Shown: positions 47,982-58,460, counted from the first letter of the stretch. The stretch is 64,000 bases of DNA from Longimicrobiales bacterium (GCA_965204735.1 OZ242008.1:3168001-3232000), one strand, 5' to 3'. Numbers and translations: made by a program. Notes: generated from the letters alone by a model not told the origin.

Positions 47982-48890
47982 ATGAAAAGAGACGGCTGGA
48001 CCATCATCGTCCTTCGAGGCGACGCCCGCGCCCAGAAGCAGTATGCCCTGTCGGCCCGCGGGGTGCGCGTTCTCCTGTGGACTCTTGGCGGCGCCGTCGT
48101 CCTCCTTGCGTGCGCAGGAACCTTCTTCGCAGTGGACAGCAACGTCCGTGCCCGAGCGACCTTGCTGAGCCGGGAGAACGACGAGCTGAGGGGACGCGTC
48201 GCCGAGATCGGGACGCGGGTCGAGGATCTGGATCGGCGCGTCGCCGCGTACGACGACCAGAACGAGCGGCTGCGGCGGGCGGCCGGGCTGGCCGGGATCG
48301 ACCAAGAGGTCTACGACGTGGGCATCGGCGGTCCTGCGCGCCCTTATCCCGGCGGCGGCTTGGTGCGGCCTCTGGGCGAGGCGGCGACCGGACACGACCT
48401 GGACTTCCTCGAACGAAAGCTCAAGCTGCTCGAGGAATCTTCCGACGAGACGATGGAGGCGATCGAAGTCAACCGGGCGCGCATGGAAGCCACGCCGTCG
48501 ATCATGCCGGTGTACGGCGCCCACAGCAGCGGCTTCGGGCCCCGCAGGGCGCCCATTCACGGCGGCAGCAGCAATCATCGGGGCATCGACATCCCGGGAG
48601 TACCCGGGGAGCGGATCGTGGCCACGGCCTCTGGCGAGGTGTTCTTCACGGGACGCAAGCAGGGGCTGGGCCGGACGGTGATCATCGACCACGGCCACGG
48701 CTTCCGGACCGTGTACGGTCACGCGTCGAAGATCCTCGTGCGACGGGGACAGCGCGTGGAGCGGCGCGACGTGGTGGCGCTCGTGGGCAACACGGGCACG
48801 ACGACCGGCTATCACGTCCATTACGAGGTTCACGTCGACGGCGTCGCCGTGGACCCGACGCGCTACTTCCTCGAGCCCGCCCCGCTCTGA
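47982..48890 (+). CDS. M23 family metallopeptidase with coiled coil
   Basis: TM + coiled coil; HRGID, YGH, HVHYEV. Confidence 0.9.
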   Translation: MKRDGWTIIVLRGDARAQKQYALSARGVRVLLWTLGGAVVLLACAGTFFAVDSNVRARATLLSRENDELRGRVAEIGTRVEDLDRRVAAYDDQNERLRRAAGLAGIDQEVYDVGIGGPARPYPGGGLVRPLGEAATGHDLDFLERKLKLLEESSDETMEAIEVNRARMEATPSIMPVYGAHSSGFGPRRAPIHGGSSNHRGIDIPGVPGERIVATASGEVFFTGRKQGLGRTVIIDHGHGFRTVYGHASKILVRRGQRVERRDVVALVGNTGTTTGYHVHYEVHVDGVAVDPTRYFLEPAPL

Positions 48891-48894
48891 CCCG

Positions 48895-50115
48895 TTGTTC
48901 CTGTCGACTGGGCTGCTCCTTGCGGCCGGGACAGTCGGCGCGCTCCAAGCGGGGGACGGGCCGGCGGTTGATCTTCCTGTTGCCGATCCCCTTGTCCCGG
49001 ACTCGGTTCTAGCGCTTCCCCGGGGTCCCACTCTCGTCCTCGAGCGGGCGGCGGGGCTTGCCGTCGCGGGACTCCGCATCTCGGCCCCCGTGGAACCGGG
49101 GTGGCACGGAGTCGCCCGGGCGCTGGTCGACCAAGCCCTGGAGCGGACGCGGGCGCAGGCGACGGCCATCGGCGCATCGCTGCGGGGGGGCGTCGAAGAC
49201 GGCCGGATCGCCTATCAGGTGGTGGGCGACCTTCGGGACATCGACGAACTGGCGTGGATCGCGCGGCGCCTGGCGTCGCTCCCCTCCGAAGAAGGGACCG
49301 GCGCGGCGCTGGCCCGGGAAGAGGCTCGGCTCGACCGCTTGGCGGAAACGCCGCAGGGGCGGCTCGTCCTGGAGCTGACGGAGAGCTGGTCGAAGGACGG
49401 AGGGGAACGCCGGCTTCCGGTCGTCGGGGCGAAGGAGGTGCGGGAGCTGTGGCGTCGGTCCCACGCTCGAGACCGGCTTCGCGTCTTCGTGCTGGGCGAC
49501 GTCCCCGTCCCCTGGCTCTTGGCGGACCTCTCGCGACTCGGGGCGCCGCCCCTCGAAGCCGCCGACAGCGGCGACCGATCCGGTCCCTCCGGCCTCGCGG
49601 CCTCCGGCTCTCGCCCGGCGTCCCCGCCCAAGACGCCGCTGTACGCCTGGTCGGCGGCGACGTTCAGCTTTGGGCGCACCGGGGACCCGGTCGCGACGGC
49701 CGCCGTCGAAGCCCTGCGGGCGGGGCTGGCGAAGCTTGCGGTCCCCGGCGCGGTTCTCCGCCTGCACGCGAGTCGCGAAGGCGCCGACGGATCGCTCGGG
49801 ATCACGTCGCGGGCGTGGCGGGAGGACGCCGCCGACGCCGCCTTGGCCGCGGCGCTGGCTGTGGCGACCGAGGAGAGCTTGGAGCCGTGGTGGCGGCTGG
49901 GCGTGGACGAGGCTCGGCGTCGGCTTGCGACGGCGGTCGGGACGCCCGACGGGTGGCTCGCCCTGGCAGACCGCTACTTCTCCCCGGACTCGCGGGACGC
50001 CGCTGCGTGGCCCCGGGGAGCCCTGAAGCGAATCGATTCGCTGACGACGGCCGACCTGGCCGTGGCGCTGGACCGGCTTGGCAAGACGCTCTCGCGCCCC
50101 CGGATCGACGGGTGA
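48895..50115 (+). CDS. Hypothetical exported protein, possibly degenerate M16 (insulinase-like) fold
   Basis: Long in-operon ORF with hydrophobic N-terminus; weak M16-like segments; no HXXEH. Confidence 0.5.
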   Translation: MFLSTGLLLAAGTVGALQAGDGPAVDLPVADPLVPDSVLALPRGPTLVLERAAGLAVAGLRISAPVEPGWHGVARALVDQALERTRAQATAIGASLRGGVEDGRIAYQVVGDLRDIDELAWIARRLASLPSEEGTGAALAREEARLDRLAETPQGRLVLELTESWSKDGGERRLPVVGAKEVRELWRRSHARDRLRVFVLGDVPVPWLLADLSRLGAPPLEAADSGDRSGPSGLAASGSRPASPPKTPLYAWSAATFSFGRTGDPVATAAVEALRAGLAKLAVPGAVLRLHASREGADGSLGITSRAWREDAADAALAAALAVATEESLEPWWRLGVDEARRRLATAVGTPDGWLALADRYFSPDSRDAAAWPRGALKRIDSLTTADLAVALDRLGKTLSRPRIDG

Positions 50116-51314
50116 GCCGGGCAACCCTCGCGGTCTTGGCCACGGCCCTCCCGGCGGCGGTGCTCGTGCTCTCTTCGCCTGTCCGGGCGGGCTTGCGCGC
50201 CGACCAGTCCGGGCCGCCGCTCCTCGTGGTCGAGAGAGCTTGGTCGCCCGCCGCCTCGGCGGTTCTGGGGCTGCCGGCCGCGCCGGGCGGCAGCGCGGCG
50301 GAGGCGCGCGCGCTCCGCGTCGCCGACCGGGCGCTCCTGGCCGCCCTGGGAGAAGCCGTTGCGGGCGCGCCGGCCCGGGTGAGGCTGGAACGGGACGGAT
50401 CCGGCCGCTACTTCGTGGCCACGACAGCGCCCGACGCCCTGGGAGAAGTCCTGCAAGCCATGCGTCGCGTCGCGGCCGGTCCTCTGCCGTCGCGTCACTT
50501 GGCAGACGCCGTCGAGGCCCTTGCCCGGGAGGCCGCTTTCCGGGACGGCTCGCCCAAGTCGGGCTTCGATTCCGTCTTCGCGTCGATTCTTTCGGACGCG
50601 GACGCCGTTCCCGGCCGACCCGCGCCCAGCGTCCGAGACTCGGCGTGGGTCGTCGTCGGGCCCGGTCCCCGGTCGCCTGCCGCCGTCGCGGGCGCCGACG
50701 CGCGGGGCGGAGACCCGCCCCGGCCGCCCGGCCTCGCCCTTCTTCGTTCCCGTCGGCGCCTCGCCCCGAGGGAACCGCTGCGCATCGAGGTTTCGGCGGA
50801 CTTGGTCACCACCTGGGTGGGCTCGGCATACCACTTCCCGAGCGGCACGACCCTCGTGCAGGCCCACTTCCTCCGCCTCGTCCTGGAAGGCTGGATCGAG
50901 TCGCTTCGCGATCCTTCGCTCTACGAGTTCGCTGCCGAGATCGACTCGTCGGGGCGCCTCCTTGTTCGCTTCTCGGCAAGCAGGGGAAGCGCCGGCGCAT
51001 GGGAAGCCCGCTTGGACGAAGCTCTCGCTTCCGTCGCCGCGGTCGCTGAAGGCGGGAGCGCCGAAGCAGGAGCGCCGAAGCCGGGCGCCCAGCGGATCGC
51101 GACCCTGATGCGTCGAGCCCGGGGCGTCTGGAGTCGGCGGATCGCCGATCCCGGGGCTTGCGCCCGAGCCGCCGCCGAAGCCCTGCTCCAGGGCGCGTCC
51201 GCCGAAGAGGCCAAGGCGTTGGTGGCGACGCCCCCGATCTCGCCGTCCTCGGCGAGCGTCGCAGGCGCCGCGAAGGGCCTCCGCCTGGCGGCGAGGGTCC
51301 TTTACGGAACTTGA
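50112..51314 (+). CDS. Hypothetical exported protein, possibly degenerate M16-like partner
   Basis: GTGA overlap with previous ORF; signal-peptide-like N-terminus. Confidence 0.5.
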   Translation: MSRATLAVLATALPAAVLVLSSPVRAGLRADQSGPPLLVVERAWSPAASAVLGLPAAPGGSAAEARALRVADRALLAALGEAVAGAPARVRLERDGSGRYFVATTAPDALGEVLQAMRRVAAGPLPSRHLADAVEALAREAAFRDGSPKSGFDSVFASILSDADAVPGRPAPSVRDSAWVVVGPGPRSPAAVAGADARGGDPPRPPGLALLRSRRRLAPREPLRIEVSADLVTTWVGSAYHFPSGTTLVQAHFLRLVLEGWIESLRDPSLYEFAAEIDSSGRLLVRFSASRGSAGAWEARLDEALASVAAVAEGGSAEAGAPKPGAQRIATLMRRARGVWSRRIADPGACARAAAEALLQGASAEEAKALVATPPISPSSASVAGAAKGLRLAARVLYGT

Positions 51315-51420
51315 TACCGCCCGCCCAAGTCCTTACTTTGCTTGTCGGTTCGGTCGGCCGTCCAAGCCGCCGACGAGCCAGTCAACTGGGAGCCCTGCCA
51401 TCAGGGGGAGCAAAGTCACG

Positions 51421-52185
51421 ATGCGAAACACTTTGGGCTGGGGCTTCGCCCTCGTCGTCTCCGTGTCCCTTGGGGCTTGCGGACCGGTGGAGCTCGCGAT
51501 CGTTGCCGAGATCGAGAGCGAAGCCGGCGAAGCAACGCTCCTCGACGAGATCGAAGTCCGCCTTCTGCCCTACGACCGCGACCACGTCTTCGACTCGCTG
51601 ACTCGGGCCGCCGACGTGCCCGAGCCGGAGATTCCCCAGGACCTGCTGGAGGCGCGGGACGAGATCGCCGCGGCCCAGGAGCAGTGGCGGAACACCGAGA
51701 CTCGGTGGAACACGCTCCGGGACACCCTTGCCAAGCTGAACTCGGCGATGGAGGGACTGAACCGGGCGGAGAACCGGTACCGCGCGATCTTCAACGAGTG
51801 GTCGGACCTGAACGCGGAGTATCAGCGGGCCGAGCGGCGGGTTGCCTCCGACTTCGAGCGGTTCGAGTCGCTTCAGGCCGCTGCCATCGGCCGCATGGAC
51901 AGCATGAGGGTCGCCCGGGACAACTGGGCCGACCAGGCATACGTGGACGTGGACGCGGTGATCGGCGCCAAGATCGAGGCGTCGGGCTTGGAAGAGGCCG
52001 CCGACACCACCGACGTGGACGGCATCGCCCGCTTCGACGTGGCGCCGGGCCGGTACTGGGTCTACGCGCGCTACGAGCGCCCCTACGACGAGCTCTACTG
52101 GAACGAGGAGATCGAGGTGGCGAGAGGCGCGTCCATGGAGCTTAGGCTGACCACGGAGAACGCAGAGGTCAGGCCGATCTTCTGA
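51421..52185 (+). CDS. Hypothetical coiled-coil lipoprotein
   Basis: SLGAC lipobox, long helical region, C-terminal TTDVDG.A.F...PG.YW beta domain; GGGGAG RBS. Confidence 0.75.
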   Translation: MRNTLGWGFALVVSVSLGACGPVELAIVAEIESEAGEATLLDEIEVRLLPYDRDHVFDSLTRAADVPEPEIPQDLLEARDEIAAAQEQWRNTETRWNTLRDTLAKLNSAMEGLNRAENRYRAIFNEWSDLNAEYQRAERRVASDFERFESLQAAAIGRMDSMRVARDNWADQAYVDVDAVIGAKIEASGLEEAADTTDVDGIARFDVAPGRYWVYARYERPYDELYWNEEIEVARGASMELRLTTENAEVRPIF

Positions 52186-52240
52186 CCCTTCTCCGGGAGG
52201 CCAGGGACCGAGGTTCCGGAGCCGTCGCGACGCCTCGCCG

Positions 52241-54391
52241 GTGAATCCGCGCTTTCGGATCGGGAGCGAAGGCGTCGGCCGGATCGTGTTCGACGATCCC
52301 GTCCGAAGCCACAACGTCCTCACGGAAGAGGTCATGGGACGCCTGGACGCCGTGCTGGCCCAGGCGGAGGACGCCGTCGCCCAGGGCGCCCTGCGGGCTC
52401 TGCTGGTGGAGTCCGGCAAGCCCGGTTCGTTCATCGCCGGGGCGGACGTCGACGCGATCGCCGGCGTGACCGGCGCGAGAGAGGGCATGGACGCGGCTCG
52501 GGCCGGCCAAGCCGTGTTCTCGCGGCTTGCGGGGCTGCCGGTCCCTACCGTGGCGGCGGTTCGGGGCGTGTGCCTGGGCGGCGGGGTCGAGTTGGCGCTG
52601 GCCTGCGACTGGCGGGTGGCGGCCGACGACGACACGCGGATGGGGCTCCCGGAGGTGCAGCTGGGCATCTTGCCCGCCTGGGGCGGCACGACCCGCCTTC
52701 CCCGCCTGGTGGGCCTGCGGGCGGCACTGGGGCTCGTCTTGTCCGGAAAGCCCGTCGGCGCCTCGAAATGCCGCCGGATCGGCTTGGTGGACCAGGTGTT
52801 TCCGGCGGAGCAGTTCAAGGACCGATCTATGACGTTCGCCATGGGGTTGGCGGACGGCGACGGGAGCAAGAAGAAGCGACGCAGGCCGCGGGGTCCCCTG
52901 GACCGCTTCCTGGACGGCGTTCCCTTGGGGCGCGCGGTGGTCCTGCGCATTGCCCGGAGGCAGGTCCTTCGGCGGACGGGGGGCCGCTACCCAGCGCCTT
53001 TGAAGGTGCTGGAAGTCTTGCGCAAGGGTGGTGGGCGGTCGCTGGCGGCCGGGCTGGAGATGGAGGCGCGGGCGGCGGGCGAGCTGCTGGTCTCTCCGGC
53101 GTGCGGGAACCTGCTCTTCCTCTTCCGGCTGCGGGAGCGCGCCCGGAAGGGGCCATGGGCGGACGGCGGCGTGGCGAAGCCGGCAAGGCGGCTGGCGGTG
53201 ATCGGCGCAGGGGTCATGGGCGGAGGGATCGCCCAGCTGGCGGCCTTTCGGGACATTCCCGCGCGCATGAAGGACATCCGCCACGAGGCGGTGGCCGGCG
53301 GACTCGCCCACGCCCGCGCGCTCTTCGACGGCGCCGTGAGGAGGCGGAAGCTCCGGCGACGGGATGCCGAGCGGAAGATGGCGCTCGTTTCCGGCGGGCT
53401 CGACTGGGCCGGGCTCCGGCAGGCGGGGGTGGTGGTGGAGGCGGTGGTGGAGCGGATCGACGTGAAGCGCGCCGTGCTGGCCGAGACCGAGGCGGCGATG
53501 GACCCGGAGGGCGTGCTGGCCACCAACACGTCGTCGCTGTCGGTGAACCAGATGGCCATGGCGCTGTCCCGGCCGGGACAGTTCGCCGGGATGCACTTCT
53601 TCAACCCCGTCCACAAGATGCCCTTGGTGGAGGTGGTGAGGGGAGAGGCCACGCACCCGGACACGGTGGAGACGATTGCCGCGTTGGCCGCGCGGCTGGG
53701 CAAGGTCCCCGTGGTGGTCGGCGACGGGCCCGGGTTTCTGGTGAACCGCGTTCTGGGAGTCTGCCTCAACGAAGCCGGGCACATGCTGGGTGAAGGAATG
53801 GACGCGCGGGCGGTGGAGCGCGCGTGGACGGGCTTTGGAATGCCCATGGGACCGTATCGCTTGATCGACGAAGTGGGGATCGACGTGGCCGCCCACGCCG
53901 GCGCGGCTCTGGGAGAAGCGTTCGGCGAGCGGATGAGGCCGGCGCCCGCGCTGGTGGCGCTGGCCGAGGCGGGGCGGCTGGGCCGGAAGGGGGGACGGGG
54001 CTTCTACCTCTACCGAAAGGGCAGGCAGCGCGGCTTCGACGCCGGCGTGTACGCCGACATGGGCTTGGGCGCGCCCCGGGCGCGGGCAAGCGCCTCGGGG
54101 GTGGTGGAGCGGCTGGTCTTGGCAATGGTCAACGAGGCCGGGCGGGCGCTGGAGGAAGGGATCGTGGCTTCTGCTGGGGAAGTGGACTTGGCCATGGTCA
54201 TGGGGACCGGGTTCCCGCCTTTCCTGGGCGGCCCGCTGAAGTACGCGGACGACCGAGGGACCCGGGACGTGCTCGCCGGGCTCGAGGCGCTGCGCGAACG
54301 TCTCGGCGTCCGATTCAGGCCGTGCGGCGCGGTGGCGAAGCTGGGAGCGTCGGGGCAAGGCTTCCATCAAGCGTTCCCGGCGGCGGGGTGA
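52241..54391 (+). CDS. Fatty-acid oxidation complex alpha subunit (enoyl-CoA hydratase/3-hydroxyacyl-CoA dehydrogenase, FadB/FadJ-like)
   Basis: FIAGAD, LGGGVE, PEVQLG, GAGVMGGGIA, EAVVE, ATNTSS, GMHFFNP, GFLVNR. Confidence 0.92.
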   Translation: MNPRFRIGSEGVGRIVFDDPVRSHNVLTEEVMGRLDAVLAQAEDAVAQGALRALLVESGKPGSFIAGADVDAIAGVTGAREGMDAARAGQAVFSRLAGLPVPTVAAVRGVCLGGGVELALACDWRVAADDDTRMGLPEVQLGILPAWGGTTRLPRLVGLRAALGLVLSGKPVGASKCRRIGLVDQVFPAEQFKDRSMTFAMGLADGDGSKKKRRRPRGPLDRFLDGVPLGRAVVLRIARRQVLRRTGGRYPAPLKVLEVLRKGGGRSLAAGLEMEARAAGELLVSPACGNLLFLFRLRERARKGPWADGGVAKPARRLAVIGAGVMGGGIAQLAAFRDIPARMKDIRHEAVAGGLAHARALFDGAVRRRKLRRRDAERKMALVSGGLDWAGLRQAGVVVEAVVERIDVKRAVLAETEAAMDPEGVLATNTSSLSVNQMAMALSRPGQFAGMHFFNPVHKMPLVEVVRGEATHPDTVETIAALAARLGKVPVVVGDGPGFLVNRVLGVCLNEAGHMLGEGMDARAVERAWTGFGMPMGPYRLIDEVGIDVAAHAGAALGEAFGERMRPAPALVALAEAGRLGRKGGRGFYLYRKGRQRGFDAGVYADMGLGAPRARASASGVVERLVLAMVNEAGRALEEGIVASAGEVDLAMVMGTGFPPFLGGPLKYADDRGTRDVLAGLEALRERLGVRFRPCGAVAKLGASGQGFHQAFPAAG

Positions 54392-55092
54392 GCAAGGAGG
54401 CGGAAGTCAAGGCCGCGCACGAAGGTCCCGTGGCGGCCCGGCGAGTCGCCGGCGTGGTGCTGGCGGCGGGGCGCTCCACCCGGATGGGTCGGCCGAAGGC
54501 GCTTCTGGACGCCAACGGAACCACTTTCGTAAACCGCTTGGCCGCCACCCTGGCCGACGGAGGATGCGAACCGGTGATGGTAGTGGTGTCCTGCCCGGAC
54601 GGAGCCGTGGCGCGGGAAGTGGCGATGGGGCCGGGACACGCCGTGGTCAACCCCGGCGGCGCCGGAGGGCAGATCGGATCGCTCCGGGTCGCCTTGAGCC
54701 GCTTGCGGAAGCTGCCCGAGCCGCCCCTGGCGGTGGCGTTCACGCCCGTGGACAACCCCGTGGTGGCTCCGGCGACCGTTCGTCGTCTCGTTCATGCATG
54801 GCTTCGCACGGGCGCGGCCATCACCTTGCCCCGCTTTGGCGACGAACGCGGCCACCCGGTTCTGGTCGCCATGGAGATCGCCGGCGAGTTCTTTGACGCG
54901 GAGTTGCCCGAAGGCGCCAGAGGCGTGGTCCGGCGAGACCCGGACAGAGTGTTGGAGGTTGCCGTCGCCGACCCCGGCGCCGTGGACGACCTGGACACGC
55001 CCGGCAGGTACCGGGAGCGGTTCCTGGAGGGCGAGCCGGCTGGCCGGGGAGGTCGGAGAGGCGCCCCGGACGGCCGGTCGGCGACCCCTTGA
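54388..55092 (+). CDS. Molybdenum cofactor cytidylyltransferase-like nucleotidyltransferase (MocA)
   Basis: VLAAGRSTRMGRPK, PVDNP, GHPV, GAR, DLDTP. Confidence 0.85.
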   Translation: MSKEAEVKAAHEGPVAARRVAGVVLAAGRSTRMGRPKALLDANGTTFVNRLAATLADGGCEPVMVVVSCPDGAVAREVAMGPGHAVVNPGGAGGQIGSLRVALSRLRKLPEPPLAVAFTPVDNPVVAPATVRRLVHAWLRTGAAITLPRFGDERGHPVLVAMEIAGEFFDAELPEGARGVVRRDPDRVLEVAVADPGAVDDLDTPGRYRERFLEGEPAGRGGRRGAPDGRSATP

Positions 55093-55922
55093 GCGCCGCC
55101 CCGACTCCCGCCGAAGCGGCGGCGGCGGTCTTGGCCGCCCGGAAGATGGGACGACGCATCTGCACTGCCGTGGTGACCCGCTCCGCCAGCGGCCTGACGG
55201 GCAACCGCTGCTGGATCACGGACGGCGCGTTGACCGGCTCGCTGGGGGACCCTGCCCTCGACGCCGCCGTGGCAACCGCCGTTTCGACGGTCTTCCGTGC
55301 CCAGGAGTCGTTCGGGGCGGTTCGTCGCGAGTTCGACTACGAGGACCCGGCGGGCGCCGATTGCGTCGCGACCGTGTACATCGAGCTGCACGCGCCGCCG
55401 GCCAAGCTGGTGGTCGTGGGCGCGGGACACGTGGCAGTGCCCTTGGCCCGGATGGGCGCCATGCTCGGGTTCCGCGTGGAGGTGCTGGACGACCGTCCCG
55501 AGTTCGCCGACCCCGCTCGCTTCCCCGAAGCCGCCGCCGTCCGCGTAATCGACTTTCGCGACCCCTTTGCCGCCACGAGGTTGACGCCGCCCGACCATGT
55601 CGTGCTGGTCACTCGCGGCCACCGCTTCGACTACGAGTGCCTCGCGCGCCTCCTGCGGATGAAGCGTCCGCCGGGCTACGTGGGCATGATCGGCAGCCGC
55701 CGGCGAGTTCGCGCCACGCACGAACAGCTGGCGCAGGAAGAGTTCACTCTCGAAGAAATGAAGCGCGTGCGGGCTCCCGTCGGCCTCGACCTGGGCGGCC
55801 AGACCCCCGCCGAAATCGCCGTGTCCGTCGCTGCGGAGATCGTCATGCACCGCTCCGGCGGCACCGGCGCTCCGCTCTTCCGGAAGGAGCGGGTTGCGGA
55901 GCGGTTCTTCACGCGACGCTAG
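55089..55922 (+). CDS. XdhC family accessory protein (Rossmann C-terminal domain)
   Basis: VVGAGHVA, DDRPEFA, TRGH..D, GMIGS, APVGLDLGGQTPAEIAVS. Confidence 0.9.
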   Translation: MSAAPTPAEAAAAVLAARKMGRRICTAVVTRSASGLTGNRCWITDGALTGSLGDPALDAAVATAVSTVFRAQESFGAVRREFDYEDPAGADCVATVYIELHAPPAKLVVVGAGHVAVPLARMGAMLGFRVEVLDDRPEFADPARFPEAAAVRVIDFRDPFAATRLTPPDHVVLVTRGHRFDYECLARLLRMKRPPGYVGMIGSRRRVRATHEQLAQEEFTLEEMKRVRAPVGLDLGGQTPAEIAVSVAAEIVMHRSGGTGAPLFRKERVAERFFTRR

Positions 55923-55983
55923 CGAACTTCGAGCCCGCCTTCTTCATGGGGACGCGCGGGGACCAGCTCCTCGGCGGCCGCGA

Positions 55984-57030
55984 CTAGGATGCCGCCATCT
56001 TGCGGGCCACGTCGGCGACCATGTCGCGCAGGTCCTGGGGCTCCAGCACCTCGGCGTCGGCTCCGAAACGGAGGACGTGAGCGGCCAGCCACCAGGGGTC
56101 GGCAACGCTGTGTCGGACCGTCACGCTGCCGTCGTCGTGGCTTTCCAAGGACACGCTTCGGTACGCCGCTCGCTCCTCGATCCAACGGACGACCGCGGGC
56201 GAGTAGCGCACCACGGCCTCTCGACTGCCCGGATCGAGGATCCAGCCCTCGGGGGTGCGCGTCAGGTACGCGTCGGCGTCGAACTCCTCGGGCACCGCGA
56301 AGGTCCCGTCGCAGTGATCGAGCGACAGAATCCTGTCCAGTCGGAAGACCCGCTCGGCGCGAACCGTCGTGCACTTGGCGACCACATACCAAGTCGTCTC
56401 CGAGTTCACGACCAAGTAGGGGTGAACGACCCGCCGGGACGGGGCCTCGGCCCCGGGCTTCAGGTAGCGGATGGCGCAGGGCCGACGTTCGTAGACGGCG
56501 GTCGCGAGGGTTTCGCGGATGCCCCACAGGTCGGGAGTTCGGCTGGGCAGCGCCAAGTTGGGGGTCGCGTCCGAATCCGAATCTGCGCTCTGGCTCAAGC
56601 AGCGTTCCGCGCGGCGGAGGAATGCGTCCCATGCCGTGTGGTCGCCGGCGGGCGGACCGGAGTGGTTGCCGGCGGCGGCAGTCGACGGCCCCTCGTCGTC
56701 CGCGTCGGTCATCACGCCGCGCAGGGCCAGGGCCAAGCAGAACATCTCGCGACCCGTAAGCCGGAAGGGGCGCTCCATGAAGCTGGTGTGCTCGACCTCG
56801 ACCCGACCCGACTCCATGAAGATGCGGATGTCGCCCGGCCATCCGCCGGGTCGGTACTCGTCGCGAGTGGTCAGCTCCCGCAGATCCTCCAGAATCTGCT
56901 CTTCCGTCGTATCCAGGTCCCTGGCGAGGGCGGCGACGTCGGTCCCGCCGGGCCGGCTGGCGACTGCAACGACATAGGCCAGCCGTTCGAAGCGGCTCCG
57001 GGCCGTGCTTGCGCCCGACCTACCGATCAT
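55984..57030 (-). CDS. WYL-domain transcriptional regulator, PafC-like
   Basis: HTH (LARDLDTTEEQILEDL..PGD), RPFRLT..E, RRVVHPY, WYV, RVFRLDRI, WCX tail AEVLEPQDLR. Confidence 0.88.
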   Translation of the reverse strand: MIGRSGASTARSRFERLAYVVAVASRPGGTDVAALARDLDTTEEQILEDLRELTTRDEYRPGGWPGDIRIFMESGRVEVEHTSFMERPFRLTGREMFCLALALRGVMTDADDEGPSTAAAGNHSGPPAGDHTAWDAFLRRAERCLSQSADSDSDATPNLALPSRTPDLWGIRETLATAVYERRPCAIRYLKPGAEAPSRRVVHPYLVVNSETTWYVVAKCTTVRAERVFRLDRILSLDHCDGTFAVPEEFDADAYLTRTPEGWILDPGSREAVVRYSPAVVRWIEERAAYRSVSLESHDDGSVTVRHSVADPWWLAAHVLRFGADAEVLEPQDLRDMVADVARKMAAS

Positions 57031-58201
57031 GGGAGACGCTCCCGTCGGGGTCGAACGCGCTCCGGTCGTACTCGCCCGCCACCGACCCGGCCATCGCGCG
57101 AAACTCCTCGTGCATCTCCGGCGGGGTCACGATGCGCGCCTCTCCCAAGAGGCTCATGATCCATCGCAGGAACGCGTTCCGGTTGCGCACCCGGAAGCGT
57201 CGGAGCTGCTCGCCGCCGGGACGGAGTTCCAGAAGCTCGCCGAAGCCGTTGCGCTCGGCCCAGGACGAACGCGGAACCCTGAACAAGACGTCCGCTTCCT
57301 CCGGCTCCCTCCGCATGTCGCCGAGCTCCCACGCATTGAGGCCCGAGTAGTCTGCCAAGCGAAAGCTGGCCGGGAGGCTGAAGTCGGGCGTTCCCGGCGA
57401 TCGGGCGCCGGCGACGAGCCGGTTCATGCGCCCCACGCGAAAGATGCGGATGTCCTTCCGGTCGTCGTCGTGGCCGATCAGGTACCACTTGCCGAACTCG
57501 AAGAGGAGCCCGTAGGGACGAACCCGGCGGTCCGTCTCCTCGGGCCGGCTCATGCCCCGATACCGGAACGTCACCTGCTTCCTCCGACGGAGCGCCGCGG
57601 AGAGGCCGGCCAGCAGGTGGGACGTGGCGACGGCTTCGGGGTCCGGCGCGTAGAGCACCGGCGTGCCGGCGGGAACAGCAGGTCCCAGGTCCGTGGCCAG
57701 CTTGCGAAACGCCGAACGGGCGTCGGCGGCCCAAGGGAAGGCGGGGAGGGTGGAAATCTCCTGCAGTCCTCGCAGGGCCGCGTCCGCCTCGTGCCTGGCG
57801 AAGGCGAAGTGCAGACCCAGGCGGGCGCGGCCGGCGGTCCCGGAGGGCGAAGCGTCCGGCTCCGCCGGCCGGTCGGCTTGCAGGAGTTGCAGGACGGGCA
57901 GCCGATAGCCCGGCGCCAAGCGGTAGGCGACCACCTCTTCGGCGCCGAAGTGCTTTCTCTGCACCACCGATTCGATCGGCACCCCCAGCGACCGAAGCTC
58001 GTCCTTGTCGCGCTCGAAGGTGCGACGCACGGTCGCCTTCTGCTGCGCGCTCCCGTCGAGCCCGTGGGAGTAGGCGGGGACCTGGCTCCAGATCTCGGCC
58101 CTCTCCAGCGGGAACTGACGCTTTGCCAGACAAGCCACCAAGTCGATCCAGCGCTGGAGCTTGGTGGGCTGTCGCGTGCCCGGGTCGGATCGATCGGTCA
58201 T
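57020..58201 (-). CDS. WYL-domain transcriptional regulator, PafB-like
   Basis: KLQRWIDL..VPAY..RRTFERDKDELRSLGVPIE (PafB N-terminal signature), RRVRPYGL, WYLIG.D, RIFRVGRM. Confidence 0.9.
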   Translation of the reverse strand: MTDRSDPGTRQPTKLQRWIDLVACLAKRQFPLERAEIWSQVPAYSHGLDGSAQQKATVRRTFERDKDELRSLGVPIESVVQRKHFGAEEVVAYRLAPGYRLPVLQLLQADRPAEPDASPSGTAGRARLGLHFAFARHEADAALRGLQEISTLPAFPWAADARSAFRKLATDLGPAVPAGTPVLYAPDPEAVATSHLLAGLSAALRRRKQVTFRYRGMSRPEETDRRVRPYGLLFEFGKWYLIGHDDDRKDIRIFRVGRMNRLVAGARSPGTPDFSLPASFRLADYSGLNAWELGDMRREPEEADVLFRVPRSSWAERNGFGELLELRPGGEQLRRFRVRNRNAFLRWIMSLLGEARIVTPPEMHEEFRAMAGSVAGEYDRSAFDPDGSVSHDR

Positions 58202-58245
58202 CTGGCGGCTCCGTTCCTGCAAGTGAATGTGCGCAAATCCGCTTC

Positions 58246-58267
58246 AGTCTAGCAAAGGGGAGCGACA
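58246..58267 (-). promoter_or_regulatory. PafBC-type (RecA-NDp-like) promoter facing pafB-like gene
   Basis: Minus strand TGTCG-CTCCCCTTTGC-TA-GAC-T = TGTCR-N11-TA-N3-T. Confidence 0.6.
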
Positions 58268-58312
58268 CTCCCGTCCAGGCGAGTCCGGCGAGCCGCGGCA
58301 GGGCCCGGAGGC

Positions 58313-58334
58313 TGTCATACCCCCCGCCTACTTT
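58313..58334 (+). promoter_or_regulatory. PafBC-type (RecA-NDp-like) promoter facing the two lipoprotein genes
   Basis: Plus strand TGTCA-TACCCCCCGCC-TA-CTT-T = TGTCR-N11-TA-N3-T. Confidence 0.6.
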
Positions 58335-58460
58335 GCCGCGTCTTTCCCGAACCTGGGCCAGCCGGCTTGTCGATTGCGCGACGCCAGCCGCCAACCGAAC
58401 CGGCGACGCGAACGGCAGGGCCGGGACCAACCAGCCCAACACCAGAGGAGAACGCAGCGA

